Positions 22,466 through 32,960 are shown, counted from the stretch's first letter. The stretch is DNA of 64,000 nt from an uncultured Pseudomonadota bacterium (GCA_963749075.1 CAVVLJ010000020.1:256001-320000), one strand, 5' to 3'. Numbers and translations: made by a program. Notes: generated by a model from the sequence alone, not told the origin.

Positions 22466-23221
22466 ATGACCCGGCCGGTTAACCCCATCGTCCTCATCCC
22501 CTCGCGCATGGCGTCGACGCGCTTTCCGGGGAAGCCCTTGGCCGACATCGCGGGCGAGCCCATGATCGTCCATGTATGGCGCCGCGCCGTCGCGGCGGCG
22601 ATCGGGCCCGTGGTGGTGGCGGCGGCCGAGCAGGAGATCGCGGATGCGGTCGTCCGTGCCGGCGGCGAGGCCATGCTCACCCGGCCCGACCACGCCAGCG
22701 GCTCGGACCGCATCTTCGAGGCGCTCGAGCGTCTCGACCCTCGCGGCAGGCACGACGCGGTGGTCAACGTGCAGGGCGATCTGCCGACCATCGAGCCGGA
22801 GGCCATCCGCGCCGTCCTGGCGCCGCTCGCGGACCCCCAAGTGGACATCGCCACGATCGCCACGGTGATCGCGCGCGAGGATGAGCGCCATGACCCCAAC
22901 GTCACGAAGGCGGTCGCCGGCTTCGCTCCCGGCGTGCGCGTGGCGCGCGCGCTTTACTTCAGCCGCGCCACCGTGCCGTGGGGTGCCGGCGAGCACTACT
23001 TCCATCGCGGGCTCTACGCCTATCGGCGCGCGGCGCTCGAGCGTTTCGTGCGCCTCCCGCGGGGCGTCCTCGAGGCGCGCGAGCGCCTCGAGCAGCTGCG
23101 CGCGCTCGAGGCGGGGATGCGCATCGAGGTGGCGCTCGTTGACACGGTGGCGCTCGATGTCAATACTCCCGCCGACCTCGCGCGGGCGCGGCAGATGCTG
23201 GCCGGCAAAGCGCGCGTTTGA
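22466..23221 (+). CDS. kdsB: 3-deoxy-manno-octulosonate cytidylyltransferase
   Basis: IPSRMASTRFPGKPL, NVQGD, LEQLRALE. Confidence 0.95.
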   Translation: MTRPVNPIVLIPSRMASTRFPGKPLADIAGEPMIVHVWRRAVAAAIGPVVVAAAEQEIADAVVRAGGEAMLTRPDHASGSDRIFEALERLDPRGRHDAVVNVQGDLPTIEPEAIRAVLAPLADPQVDIATIATVIAREDERHDPNVTKAVAGFAPGVRVARALYFSRATVPWGAGEHYFHRGLYAYRRAALERFVRLPRGVLEARERLEQLRALEAGMRIEVALVDTVALDVNTPADLARARQMLAGKARV

Positions 23222-23232
23222 GCGAGCCAGCC

Positions 23233-24111
23233 ATGCCGGATAAGCGCAATCCAGACGAGCTCATCGCCTTCCAGGGCGCCGCCGGCGCCAATTCGGACAT
23301 GGCGTGCCGCATCGTCTTCCCCGAGCTCGGCACGCTCCCTTGCGAGAGCTTCGAGGAGACCTTCGCCGCGGTGCGCGAGCGCCGCGCGCGCCTCGCCATG
23401 ATCCCGGTCGAGAACTCGGTCGCCGGCCGCGTCGCCGACATCCATCACCTGCTGCCGCAATCGGGCCTCCACATCATCGCCGAGCACTTCCAGCGGGTGA
23501 ACCACTATCTGCTTGCGCCCAAGGGGACGCGGCTCGAGGAGGTGAAGGCGGTGCACAGCCACGTGCACGCCCTCAACCAGTGCCGCAATACGCTGGCGCA
23601 GCTCAAGCTCAAGCCGGTGGTGCACATCGATACGGCGGCGGCGGCGGCGGACGTGGCCAAATGGAACGACAGGAGCCAGGCGGCGATCGCCTCGCCGCTC
23701 GCCGGCGAGCTCTACGGGCTCGAGGTCCTGCGCAGCAACATCGAGGACGCCGAGCACAACACCACGCGCTTCCTCGTCATGGCGCGCGAGGCGGTCGACC
23801 CCAACCCGGCGCGCGGTCCCGTGGTGACGACCTTCGTCTTCAACGTGCGCAACGTGCCGGCAGCGCTCTACAAGGCGCTCGGCGGCTTCGCCACCAACGG
23901 CATCAACATGACGAAGCTCGAGAGCTACATGGTCGGCGGCCGCTTCGCCGCCACCCTGTTCTATTCCGACGTGGAGGGTCACCCGAGCGAGCGCCGCCTC
24001 AAGCTCGCCCTCGAGGAGCTGGAGTTCTTCAGCACGAGCCTCATGATCCTCGGCGTCTACCCGGCGCACCCCTACCGCTACCAGGCGGAACTGAAGGCGG
24101 ACGACAGGTGA
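23233..24111 (+). CDS. pheA: Prephenate dehydratase
   Basis: IPVENS, NTTRF, ACT domain NMTKLES. Confidence 0.93.
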   Translation: MPDKRNPDELIAFQGAAGANSDMACRIVFPELGTLPCESFEETFAAVRERRARLAMIPVENSVAGRVADIHHLLPQSGLHIIAEHFQRVNHYLLAPKGTRLEEVKAVHSHVHALNQCRNTLAQLKLKPVVHIDTAAAAADVAKWNDRSQAAIASPLAGELYGLEVLRSNIEDAEHNTTRFLVMAREAVDPNPARGPVVTTFVFNVRNVPAALYKALGGFATNGINMTKLESYMVGGRFAATLFYSDVEGHPSERRLKLALEELEFFSTSLMILGVYPAHPYRYQAELKADDR

Positions 24112-24199
24112 CTGAAGCCAGATGACGGATGACAGGATCGGGCGGGCGGCCGCAGGCCGCTCACTCCTCCGTCTTCTGTCCTCTGTCCTCCGTCTTCTG
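24102..24199. repeat. Opposed heptamer tandem repeats at the convergent pheA/phaR ends
   Basis: Five TC(C/T)TC(C/T)G units at 24165-24199; degenerate complementary TGACRGR units at 24102-24136. Confidence 0.7.
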
Positions 24200-24781
24200 T
24201 TTTCCCAGTTCGTCGAGCTGGTGCTGCAGCGCGTCGATCTTCTGCTTGAGCTCGGCAAGGTGGTCGGCCTCGGCGGCCGCTGCGGACTTGTCGCCCTTCT
24301 CGGCCGTATCGCCGGCAAAGGGGTTGAGCATCTTCATGGCGCGCTCCATCATCGCCACATTCTGCTTGCTCACCTCCTCGAGCGAGCCGAAGGGAAAGAA
24401 GCCGTCGAAGGCGCCCTTCATATATTGGCGGAATTTCTCCTGATTCTGGGCGAAGGCCTTCATGCTGCCCTCGAGGTAGCGCGGCAGCATGTTGCCGAGG
24501 TTGTCGCCGTAGAAGCCGATGAGCTGGCGCAGGAAGCTGATCGGCAGCAGGTTCTGCCCCTTGCCCTCCTCCTCGACGATGATCTGGGTGAGCACCGAGC
24601 GCGTGATGTCGTCGCCGCTCTTGGCGTCGTAGACCACGAACTCCTGGTTCTCCTTGACCATGTGGCAGAGGTCGTCGAGCGTCACATAGGAGCTCGTCGC
24701 CGTGTTGTAGAGCCGCCGGTTGGCGTATTTCTTGATCGTGATCGGCGCGCTCGGCTCGTCGGATTTCGCTTCCATTGCCAT
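24161..24781 (-). CDS. phaR: Polyhydroxyalkanoate synthesis repressor
   Basis: IKKYANRRLYNT, DITRSVLTQII. Confidence 0.95.
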   Translation of the reverse strand: MAMEAKSDEPSAPITIKKYANRRLYNTATSSYVTLDDLCHMVKENQEFVVYDAKSGDDITRSVLTQIIVEEEGKGQNLLPISFLRQLIGFYGDNLGNMLPRYLEGSMKAFAQNQEKFRQYMKGAFDGFFPFGSLEEVSKQNVAMMERAMKMLNPFAGDTAEKGDKSAAAAEADHLAELKQKIDALQHQLDELGKQKTEDRGQKTEE

Positions 24782-24927
24782 GCCTTTAGCCTCTGAGAGG
24801 ATAAGACAGCCTGCGACAGTATAATTCCATTCACGCTGCGCTGCGTAAGATTCTTCTCCCTATCTTGGCCCGCCCCGAATTCTGCGGCTCCTGGCCACGC
24901 CCACTCCCAGCCGCTATACTCGCCGCC

Positions 24928-25371
24928 ATGCCCGAGCCGCCGGATATGGAGACGCTCGTCCACCGCTACCTCGACCTCTGGCAGGAGCAATGGGCGGCGA
25001 TGGCGTCCGATGCGGAGCTGGCGGACGCGCTCGCGCGCTGGTTCGGCACGCTCAACCAGGCCGGCGCCCAATGGCTCTCCGGCATGGCAGAGGCGGCGGC
25101 CAAGGCCGCGGACCCTGAGAAAGCCAAAGACGCCGATGCCCCATCCCGCAACCCCAGCGTCACCGCCAGGAGTGCCGCCCCTGAGGCAGGGGCCGCGGCC
25201 GCTCGCCCTCCATCTCGCGACGGCTCTCTCGACGTGGACGAGCTCGCGCGCCGCATTGCCGCACTTGATCGCCGGCTCGCTGCCCTGGAATCCGGCGTTG
25301 GTGCAGGAGGCGGCAGCGCTCCGCGAAAGCCTCGCCGACGCCGACCAGACGGCGCTGGACCAGGCGCTTGA
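24928..25371 (+). CDS. Hypothetical protein with a C-terminal coiled coil
   Basis: RYLDLWQEQW N-terminus, [18 protein letters not shown]; overlaps the next gene. Confidence 0.55.
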   Translation: MPEPPDMETLVHRYLDLWQEQWAAMASDAELADALARWFGTLNQAGAQWLSGMAEAAAKAADPEKAKDADAPSRNPSVTARSAAPEAGAAAARPPSRDGSLDVDELARRIAALDRRLAALESGVGAGGGSAPRKPRRRRPDGAGPGA

Positions 25372-26500
25372 CCGCGAGATCCGGCGCCGCATAGAGCGCT
25401 ATCTCTCCGGCATCGAGCGCTACCGCCACCATCCCTACCGGCGTAGCCTGGCGAGCCCGCCCGCGGTGTGGAGCGAGAATGCTGCCGCCTTGCGCGACTA
25501 CGGTGCTGTGGCGCCGGCGGCGGCCGGCGGCCCGGTCGTGCTCTTCGTGCCCTCCCTCGTCAACCGCGGCTATATCCTCGACCTGACGGAGGACCACAGC
25601 TTCCTCCGCTGGCTCGCCGGGCAGGGCTTCCGCCCGCTTCTCGTGGATTGGGGCCGGCCGGGTGCTGCCGAGCGCGGCTTCGACCTCGGCGATTACATCT
25701 CGGGGCCGCTCGAGCGCTGCCTCGATGCCGCGGTCGCCCTCGCGGGCGGCCCGGTGGTGCTCGCCGGCTATTGCATGGGGGGCAATCTGGCCCTGGCACT
25801 CGCCTGCCGGCGGGCCAAGGACGTGGCGGCATTGGCCCTCCTCGCCACGCCATGGGACTTCCACGCCGACCGGCCGGAGCTCGCCCGTGCCCTGGCCGCC
25901 GGCTCGGCGCCGCTCCTCGCTTTCGCCGACCGGCTGGGCGAGCTCCCGACCGACATGCTCCAGGCCCTCTTCTACCTGCTCGACCCTTATCTTGCGCCGC
26001 GCAAGTTCGTACGCTTTGCCGCCTCCGAGCCCGGCTCGGCACAGGAGCGCGCCTTCGTCGCCCTCGAGGACTGGCTCAACGACGGCGTGCCGCTTGCGGC
26101 ACGGGTGGCGCGCGAGTGCCTCGAGGGCTGGTACGGCGAGAACACGCCCGGCCGCGGCGCCTGGCGCGTCGCAGGCGAGCTCGTCGATCCGCGCGAGATC
26201 GGCGGGCCGACGCTGATCGTCATGCCGTCCCAGGACCGCATCGTGCCGCCGCCCTCGGCCGAGGCCCTCCTCCGCCTCATCCCCAAGGCGGAGCGCCTGA
26301 CGGCGCACGCCGGGCACATCGGCATGATGGCGGGCGGCTCGGCGGAGAGTGCGGTATGGCGGCCGCTTGCCGCGTGGCTCTCCCGCACCGCGGCAAAGCC
26401 GCCCCGGCGGCCGGGGCGCCGGAGCCATTCCTTGCCTTCGCAGGTGCAACAGACATATAACTCCCACGGCCAGGGGAGAAGCTCGGAAGAACCCACCTGA
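25136..26500 (+). CDS. PhaC-like alpha/beta hydrolase (short PHA synthase type)
   Basis: [13 protein letters not shown], lipase box GYCMGG, DRIVP, GHIGM; start uncertain. Confidence 0.8.
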   Translation: MPHPATPASPPGVPPLRQGPRPLALHLATALSTWTSSRAALPHLIAGSLPWNPALVQEAAALRESLADADQTALDQALDREIRRRIERYLSGIERYRHHPYRRSLASPPAVWSENAAALRDYGAVAPAAAGGPVVLFVPSLVNRGYILDLTEDHSFLRWLAGQGFRPLLVDWGRPGAAERGFDLGDYISGPLERCLDAAVALAGGPVVLAGYCMGGNLALALACRRAKDVAALALLATPWDFHADRPELARALAAGSAPLLAFADRLGELPTDMLQALFYLLDPYLAPRKFVRFAASEPGSAQERAFVALEDWLNDGVPLAARVARECLEGWYGENTPGRGAWRVAGELVDPREIGGPTLIVMPSQDRIVPPPSAEALLRLIPKAERLTAHAGHIGMMAGGSAESAVWRPLAAWLSRTAAKPPRRPGRRSHSLPSQVQQTYNSHGQGRSSEEPT

Positions 26501-26513
26501 GGAGGATATCCCA

Positions 26514-27689
26514 ATGACCGAAGTCGTGATCGCCGCCGCCGCCCGCACCCCGGTCGGCGCCTTCAACGGTGCGCTTTCGAGCGTTCCGGCCTCCTACCTC
26601 GGCACCGTCGCCATCAAAGAGGCGCTCAAGCGCGCCAAAGTGGAGACCGGCGAGGTGGACGAGGTCATCATGGGGCAGATCCTGTCGGCGGGAGCCGGCC
26701 AGAACCCGGCGCGCCAGGCGGCCGTCGCCGCGGGCATCCCGGTCGAGAAGACCGCCTACGGCGTCAATCAGCTCTGCGGCTCGGGCCTGCGCACGGTGGC
26801 GCTCGGCTTCCAGGCGATCCGCGTCGGCGACAGCGGGATCGTCGTGGCGGGCGGCCAGGAGAGCATGAGCCAGGCGCCGCACTGCGCCTATCTCAGGAGC
26901 GGCACCAAGATGGGCAGCCTCGAGCTCATCGACACCATGATCAAGGACGGGCTGTGGGACGCCTTCAACGGCTACCACATGGGCAACACGGCCGAGAACG
27001 TCGCGCAGAAGTGGCAGATCACCCGCGAGGAGCAGGACAAGTTCGCCCTCGCCTCCCAGGCCAAGGCCGAGGCGGCGCAGAAGTCCGGCCGCTTCAAGGA
27101 CGAGATCGTCCCCGTCACCATCAAGGGGCGCAAGGGCGACGTGGTGGTGGAGGCGGACGAGTACCCCAAGCACGGCACCACGCTCGAGATGCTGCAGAAG
27201 CTGCGTCCGGCCTTCGACAAGGCCGGCACCGTCACCGCCGGCAATGCGAGCGGCATCAACGACGGTGCCGCGGCCCTCGTGCTGATGAGCGACAAGGAGG
27301 CAGCCTCGCGCGGCATCAAGCCGCTCGCCCGTATCGTCTCCTGGGCCACGGCCGGCGTCGATCCCGCGATCATGGGCACGGGCCCCATCCCGGCGAGCCG
27401 TCTCGCGCTCAAGCGCGCCGGCTGGTCCAAGGAGGACCTCGAGCTCGTCGAGGCGAACGAGGCCTTCGCGGCCCAGGCCTGCGCCGTCAACAAGGACCTC
27501 GCCTGGGACACCAGCAAGGTCAACGTCAACGGCGGCGCCATCGCCCTCGGCCACCCGATCGGCGCCTCGGGCGCGCGCGTGCTCATCACGCTGCTCTTCG
27601 AGATGGAGAAGCGCAACGTCAAGCGCGGCCTGGCGACGCTCTGCATCGGCGGCGGCATGGGCATCGCCATGTGCGTCGAGCGCGGCTGA
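26514..27689 (+). CDS. phaA: Acetyl-CoA acetyltransferase (beta-ketothiolase)
   Basis: [25 protein letters not shown]; RBS GGAGG. Confidence 0.96.
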   Translation: MTEVVIAAAARTPVGAFNGALSSVPASYLGTVAIKEALKRAKVETGEVDEVIMGQILSAGAGQNPARQAAVAAGIPVEKTAYGVNQLCGSGLRTVALGFQAIRVGDSGIVVAGGQESMSQAPHCAYLRSGTKMGSLELIDTMIKDGLWDAFNGYHMGNTAENVAQKWQITREEQDKFALASQAKAEAAQKSGRFKDEIVPVTIKGRKGDVVVEADEYPKHGTTLEMLQKLRPAFDKAGTVTAGNASGINDGAAALVLMSDKEAASRGIKPLARIVSWATAGVDPAIMGTGPIPASRLALKRAGWSKEDLELVEANEAFAAQACAVNKDLAWDTSKVNVNGGAIALGHPIGASGARVLITLLFEMEKRNVKRGLATLCIGGGMGIAMCVERG

Positions 27690-27889
27690 GCCGGAGCGGG
27701 CAATAGCGGCATCCGAGCCGGGCCGTGCCGAAGGGTGCGGCCCGGCTTTCGTTTGCGGCCGGGAAACCATCGTCCGATTGATCCAGCGCAATGCGCAGGC
27801 GGCCGGGCCGCGCCAGGGTGGCGCTGTTCGCTGCCGCGGTTTTGTGATTTGATAGGCGTAAAGCTAGAAACGTGCGGGAGGAGACAGCG

Positions 27890-28615
27890 ATGGCACGCGT
27901 TGCGCTGGTCACGGGCGGCACCAGAGGGATCGGTGCGGCCATCAGCCGGGGGCTCAAGGCGGCGGGCTACACGGTTGCCGCAACCTATGCGGGCAACGAG
28001 GAGGCGGCGCAGAAGCTCCACGCCGAGACCGGCATTCACGTCGTCAAGTGGGACGTGGCGGATTTCGCCGCCTGCACGGCGGGCGTCGGCGCGGTCGAGG
28101 CGGCACTCGGCCCGGTCGACATCCTCGTCAACAACGCCGGCATCACGCGCGACACCACGCTCCATCGCATGACGCCCGAGCAGTGGCACCAGGTGATCGA
28201 GACCAACCTCAGCTCGCTCTTCAACATGACGCGCAGCGTCATCGAGGGCATGCGCGCGCGCGGCTTCGGCCGCATCGTCAACATAAGCTCCATCAACGGC
28301 CAGAAGGGGCAGTTCGGCCAGGCCAACTACTCGGCCGCCAAGGCGGGCATGATCGGCTTCACCAAGGCGGTGGCGCAGGAGAACGCCAGCAAGGGCATCA
28401 CGGTCAACGCCATCGCCCCCGGCTATATCGGCACAGAGATGGTGCGCGCGGTGCCCGAGGACGTGCTCAAGACCAAGATCCTGCCGCAGATTCCCGTGGG
28501 CCGCCTGGGCGAGCCCGAGGAGGTCGCGCGCGCCGTCGTCTTCCTCGCCTCCGACGAAGCCGGCTTCATCACCGGCTCGACCCTCACCGTGAACGGCGGG
28601 CAATACATGGCGTGA
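27890..28615 (+). CDS. phaB: Acetoacetyl-CoA reductase
   Basis: TGGTRGIG, NNAG, QFGQANYSAAK. Confidence 0.96.
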   Translation: MARVALVTGGTRGIGAAISRGLKAAGYTVAATYAGNEEAAQKLHAETGIHVVKWDVADFAACTAGVGAVEAALGPVDILVNNAGITRDTTLHRMTPEQWHQVIETNLSSLFNMTRSVIEGMRARGFGRIVNISSINGQKGQFGQANYSAAKAGMIGFTKAVAQENASKGITVNAIAPGYIGTEMVRAVPEDVLKTKILPQIPVGRLGEPEEVARAVVFLASDEAGFITGSTLTVNGGQYMA

Positions 28616-28663
28616 GGTGAGGGCGCTGGGGGCGGGTAGCTTCAGCGATCGCGCTCTCGATTC

Positions 28664-28712
28664 ACCCCCCTCCCTGCCCTCCCCCCTTGAGGGGGAGGGC
28701 AGGGAGGGGGGT
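28664..28712. repeat. Family A palindrome, single-hairpin copy (possible phaB terminator)
   Basis: CCCCCCTCCCTGCCCTCCCCC...GGGGGAGGGCAGGGAGGGGGG. Confidence 0.7.
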
Positions 28713-28767
28713 TAAGGCCCGACCTTGCGCGGGCGCCCGCGCCTGCCATCCGTGCTACATTCCCGCC

Positions 28768-30147
28768 ATGCTCGACCGTCTCCAACGCCTCGTCGGCGCG
28801 GCACCCGGCTATGCGGAGCTCCGCCTCCACCGCAATAGGGCGCGCCGCCTCGTCATGCGCCGCGGCGCCCTCATCGAGAACAGCAGCCACGTGCTCGCGG
28901 GCTGCTCGGCGCGCGCTTACGCGCTCGGCGTCTTCGGCTTTGCCGCCGTTCCGGCAGAGGACGACGCGGCATTGAACCGCGTGCTCGGCGAGGCGCGCGC
29001 CAATGCCGACCTCATCGGGCGGCGCTCGGGGCGCTCGGACGAGCCCCTGCCGCAGACCGCACCCGGGGACGGCGTCCACGACTACCGCACGGGGAGGGCG
29101 AAGGTCGCGGCCGGCGTGCGCATCGAGCTCCTCCTCCGCCTCGACGCTTACGTCCGCCGGCGCTATCCCGACGTGATCAATGCCGATCTGGCGCTCGGCG
29201 AGCTCGCCATCGAGAAGGCGCTCGCCACCTCGGAGGGGGCGCTAAGCTACTGCTTCTGCCCGCGCGCGGTGCTCTGGGTTCCGCTCACGCTTGCGGCCGC
29301 CGACGGCCCGGTGCAGCTCTTCGACGTGCTCGGCGGCTTCGGCGAGCTCGAGGATCAGCTCGACGGGCTCGCCTCAGCGGAGGCCGCGGTCGACCGGCTC
29401 TACGAGGATCTCCGACGCAAGGCCGAGGGCGTCTTTCCCGTGGCCGGCGCGCATGACGTGGTGCTCGATTCGGAGCTCGCCGGTATCCTCGCCCACGAGG
29501 CCATCGGCCACACCTGCGAGGGCGACCTGGTGCTCACGGGCTCGGTCGCGGGCGGCTGGCTCGGGCGGCAGGTCGCCTCCGAGAAGGTGACGCTCGTCGA
29601 CCAGGGAGCGCGCGGCTTCGACGGCCAGGGCGGCGTCGCCGTCCACGTCGACGACGAGGGCACGCCCTGCCGAGACGTCGCCATCATCGAGAAGGGCGTG
29701 CTCAAGGGCTTCCTCCACAACAAGGCGACGGCGCTCGAGCTCGGCGCCGAGCCGACCGGGAACGCGCGCGCCTACACCTTCAACGACGAGCCGCTCGTGC
29801 GCATGCGCAACACCGCGATCATGCCGGGCAACGACCGCCTCGAGGACATGATCGCCGCCGTGGACGACGGCTATTACCTCAAGCGCTCGACCAACGGCCA
29901 GGCCGACCTCACCAGCGAGTTCATGTTCGGCATCGCCTGCGGCTACGAAATCAAGGGCGGCAAGCTCGGCCGCGCGCTGCGCGACACCACCATCTCGGGC
30001 GTCGCCTTCGACGTGCTGCAAGCGGTGACCCACGTGGGGGAGCGCTTCACCTGGTCGGTCGGCGGCTGGTGCGGCAAGAAGACGCTCATCCCGGTCGGCA
30101 TGGGCGGGCCGGCGATCAAGACGCGCCTCAACCTCGGCGGGCGATGA
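28768..30147 (+). CDS. tldD: TldD-family metalloprotease subunit
   Basis: HEAIGH (HExxxH), DDEG, TGNAR, RMRNT, CGK. Confidence 0.88.
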   Translation: MLDRLQRLVGAAPGYAELRLHRNRARRLVMRRGALIENSSHVLAGCSARAYALGVFGFAAVPAEDDAALNRVLGEARANADLIGRRSGRSDEPLPQTAPGDGVHDYRTGRAKVAAGVRIELLLRLDAYVRRRYPDVINADLALGELAIEKALATSEGALSYCFCPRAVLWVPLTLAAADGPVQLFDVLGGFGELEDQLDGLASAEAAVDRLYEDLRRKAEGVFPVAGAHDVVLDSELAGILAHEAIGHTCEGDLVLTGSVAGGWLGRQVASEKVTLVDQGARGFDGQGGVAVHVDDEGTPCRDVAIIEKGVLKGFLHNKATALELGAEPTGNARAYTFNDEPLVRMRNTAIMPGNDRLEDMIAAVDDGYYLKRSTNGQADLTSEFMFGIACGYEIKGGKLGRALRDTTISGVAFDVLQAVTHVGERFTWSVGGWCGKKTLIPVGMGGPAIKTRLNLGGR

Positions 30148-31463
30148 CGGCGCAAGATCCTTCGGCGCAAGCCGAGCTCGCCTTCGTCGGGCGCATCGTC
30201 GCCGACGCGATGGCAGCGGGCGCCGGCGACGCGCAGGCGCGGCTCAGCGTGAACGAGCGCACCGAGGTCGACTTCGACACCCGCCGGCTCTCGCTCCTGC
30301 GCACCACCCACGAGGACGAGACGCTGCTCACCATCTTCAAGGCGGCGCGCAAGGGGAGTGCCACGCTCACCGGCCGCGGCGAGGCGGCGGCGGCGCACGC
30401 GATAGCCGAAGCGCTCGCCGCGGCGGAGGCGGCGCCCGCCGACGAGGCGAACGGCTTGGCACCGTCCGAGCCCGGGCCGGCGACGCTCTACGGCCCCGCC
30501 GAGGCCGACCGCGAGCATCTCATCGACCGCTGCCTCGAGCACATCGAGACGATGGCGCGGGAATTCCCCGCCATCGTGGCACGCGAGGCCTATCACCAGT
30601 TCAACCGCACGCGGCGCAGCTTCGCAAACTCCGCCGGCCTCGCGCGCCAGGAGACGCGCGGCCGCTACAGCTTCGCGACGCTCTTCGCCGCGCGCCGCGA
30701 CGGCCGCACCACCTCGTTCAACTTCCATGGCGTGAGCTCGTACAACCCGTTCGGCCGCCTCATCGAGGTGGGCGCCTTGCGCCAGCTCTACGGCGACCTT
30801 GAGCGCTCCTTCGAGGCGCGCCCGTTAGCGGGCAAGTTCACCGGCGACGTGATCATCACGCCCGACGCGCTCGAGGAGATGGTGATCGTCCCCCTCGTCC
30901 GCGTGCTCGGCGGCTACAGCCTCATCGCGGGCACCAGCCCCTACAAGGAGAAGCGAGGCCGGGCCATCGCCGGCCCGCTCTTCAGCCTCCTGAACCGGCC
31001 GCGCGCGGCGAGCTTCCCCGAGGGGATCGATTTCGATGCCTTCGGCATCCCGACGCGCGACCTCGACGTGGTCAAGGACGGCGTGCTCGAGGACTTCCTC
31101 GTCGACTTCTACGCGTCGCGCAAGCTCGGCATCCCGGTGAGCGCGGTCTATTCGGCCTTCGTGGTGCCGCCGGGCGAGAAACCGCTTGCCGAGATCATCG
31201 CCGGGACCGCGCGCGGCATCATCCTCACGCGCTACTCGGGCGGCGTGCCGAGCGACAATCTCGACTTCAGCGGCATCGCCAAGAACGCCTTCTACATCGA
31301 GGACGGCAAGGTGCGCCACGCCCTCGCCGAGACCATGATCTCGGGCAACCTGCGCGACCTCCTCCTCGCGGTTCACGCCGTCTCGCGCGAGACCGTGAAT
31401 TTCGGCACGTCGGAGCTCGCGAGCGTGGCGGCGGGCGGCGTCACCATCCACGGGCGAGGCTAG
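30144..31463 (+). CDS. pmbA: PmbA/TldE-family subunit
   Basis: FDAFG, DFSG, ETMISGN; no HExxxH; ATGA-coupled to tldD. Confidence 0.8.
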   Translation: MTAQDPSAQAELAFVGRIVADAMAAGAGDAQARLSVNERTEVDFDTRRLSLLRTTHEDETLLTIFKAARKGSATLTGRGEAAAAHAIAEALAAAEAAPADEANGLAPSEPGPATLYGPAEADREHLIDRCLEHIETMAREFPAIVAREAYHQFNRTRRSFANSAGLARQETRGRYSFATLFAARRDGRTTSFNFHGVSSYNPFGRLIEVGALRQLYGDLERSFEARPLAGKFTGDVIITPDALEEMVIVPLVRVLGGYSLIAGTSPYKEKRGRAIAGPLFSLLNRPRAASFPEGIDFDAFGIPTRDLDVVKDGVLEDFLVDFYASRKLGIPVSAVYSAFVVPPGEKPLAEIIAGTARGIILTRYSGGVPSDNLDFSGIAKNAFYIEDGKVRHALAETMISGNLRDLLLAVHAVSRETVNFGTSELASVAAGGVTIHGRG

Positions 31464-31479
31464 TCTCGGGAGTCAGGCG

Positions 31480-32577
31480 ATGGCCATGAATAGCGAGTCC
31501 GGACAAGCCGGCAGTGCCGCCAATCCCATGGGGACGGACGGCTTCGAGTTCATCGAGTACGCCGCTCCCGATGCGCGCGAGCTCGCCGCCCTCTTCGAGC
31601 GGCTCGGCTTTGCGGCCGCGGCGCGCCACCGCTCCAAGGACGTGACGCTCTACCGCCAAGGCGACGTCAACTTCATCATCAACGCCGAGCCCGACAGCTT
31701 CGCCAGGAGCTTCGCGCGCCTCCATGGGCCGAGCATCTGCGCCATCGCCTTCCGCGTGCGCGACGCGGCCAAGGCGTATGGCCGCGCCCTCGAGCTCGGC
31801 GCCTGGGGCGTCGCGGGCAAGATCGGGCCGATGGAGCTCAATATCCCGGCTATCAAGGGCATCGGCGACAGCCTCATCTATCTGGTCGACCGCTACGGCG
31901 CCAAGGGCACCATCTACGACATCGATTTCGCCTGGCTCGACGGCGTCGAGCGCGATCCCAAGGGCGTCGGCTTCACCGGCGTCGACCATCTCACCCACAA
32001 CGTCCACCGCGGGCGCATGAAGGAATGGGCCGAGTTCTACGAGCGGCTCTTCAATTTCCGCGAGATGAAATATTTCGACATCGAGGGCAAGCTGACCGGC
32101 CTCAGGTCGAAGGCCATGGTGAGCCCCTGCGGCAAGATCCGCATCCCGATCAACGAGAGCGCCGACGAGCGCTCGCAGATCGCCGAGTATCTCGACGCCT
32201 ATCGCGGCGAGGGCATCCAGCACATCGCCCTTGCCGCGAGCGACATCTATGCGACGGTCGAGGCGCTCACCGCGCGGGAGCTGCCGTTCCAGACGGTGCC
32301 CGACGCCTACTACGAGCAGCTCGACGCCCGCCTCCCCGGCCACGGCGAGGACCTCGAGCGCCTGCGCAAGAGCCGCATCCTCATCGATGGTGCTCCCACC
32401 AAGGACGGCGGGCGGCTCCTGCAGATCTTCACCCGGAACCTGATCGGCCCGATCTTCCTCGAGATCATCCAGCGCAAGGGCGACGAGGGATTCGGCGAGG
32501 GCAATTTCCGCGCCCTCTTCGAATCGATCGAGCTCGATCAGATCCGCCGCGGCGTGCTCAAGAGCGAGGGGGCGTGA
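31480..32577 (+). CDS. hppD: 4-hydroxyphenylpyruvate dioxygenase
   Basis: NPMGTDGFEFIE, DHLTHNV, EGIQHIA, GFGEGNFRALFE. Confidence 0.96.
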   Translation: MAMNSESGQAGSAANPMGTDGFEFIEYAAPDARELAALFERLGFAAAARHRSKDVTLYRQGDVNFIINAEPDSFARSFARLHGPSICAIAFRVRDAAKAYGRALELGAWGVAGKIGPMELNIPAIKGIGDSLIYLVDRYGAKGTIYDIDFAWLDGVERDPKGVGFTGVDHLTHNVHRGRMKEWAEFYERLFNFREMKYFDIEGKLTGLRSKAMVSPCGKIRIPINESADERSQIAEYLDAYRGEGIQHIALAASDIYATVEALTARELPFQTVPDAYYEQLDARLPGHGEDLERLRKSRILIDGAPTKDGGRLLQIFTRNLIGPIFLEIIQRKGDEGFGEGNFRALFESIELDQIRRGVLKSEGA

Positions 32578-32824
32578 GCTCCTGCCGGCCGCGGCGTTCC
32601 GCGGGCCGGGCGCCGCGCCAGGCTGCGAGATCATAGCCGCCGGGTCCGGCGACGAAGGCCGCATCATCGTTCCCGCCATCATTGCAGCGCGGGCCGGCTC
32701 TTGTTGGCACCCCTTATCGATAACAATGCTTTTACGCTTCGATAACCGTTTCTTTAGATTTCGCGGCATAGCCTGCAGCGGTCGCGGCATGGTGACGTGC
32801 CGCGATTGGGTGACCCAAAACTAG

Positions 32825-32854
32825 CCCCGCCGGCAAAACCCGGCGGGGTCTCTT
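32825..32854 (+). terminator. Rho-independent terminator-like hairpin
   Basis: CCCCGCCGG-CAAAAC-CCGGCGGGG followed by TCTCTT. Confidence 0.5.
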
Positions 32855-32960
32855 CCGCGCCCTTCCTGCGAGCCTCGGCAGGAAGCCGAAGCGCCAGCTG
32901 CCGCACGCCCATCGTCGCTTGAGGGGCTGCTGGAGCGGGTTTTGCGAGAGGGAGGGGGCG

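Noticed and set aside
20852-23005. Long N-terminal extensions on hisN, and likewise on arsK, acr3, hisC and the CBS gene
   Set aside because: Open upstream frames overlapping real genes; internal starts fit the family lengths
24812-24850. TGC-rich PhaR operator candidate (GCTGCGCTGCG)
   Set aside because: Plausible position but too low in information in GC-rich DNA
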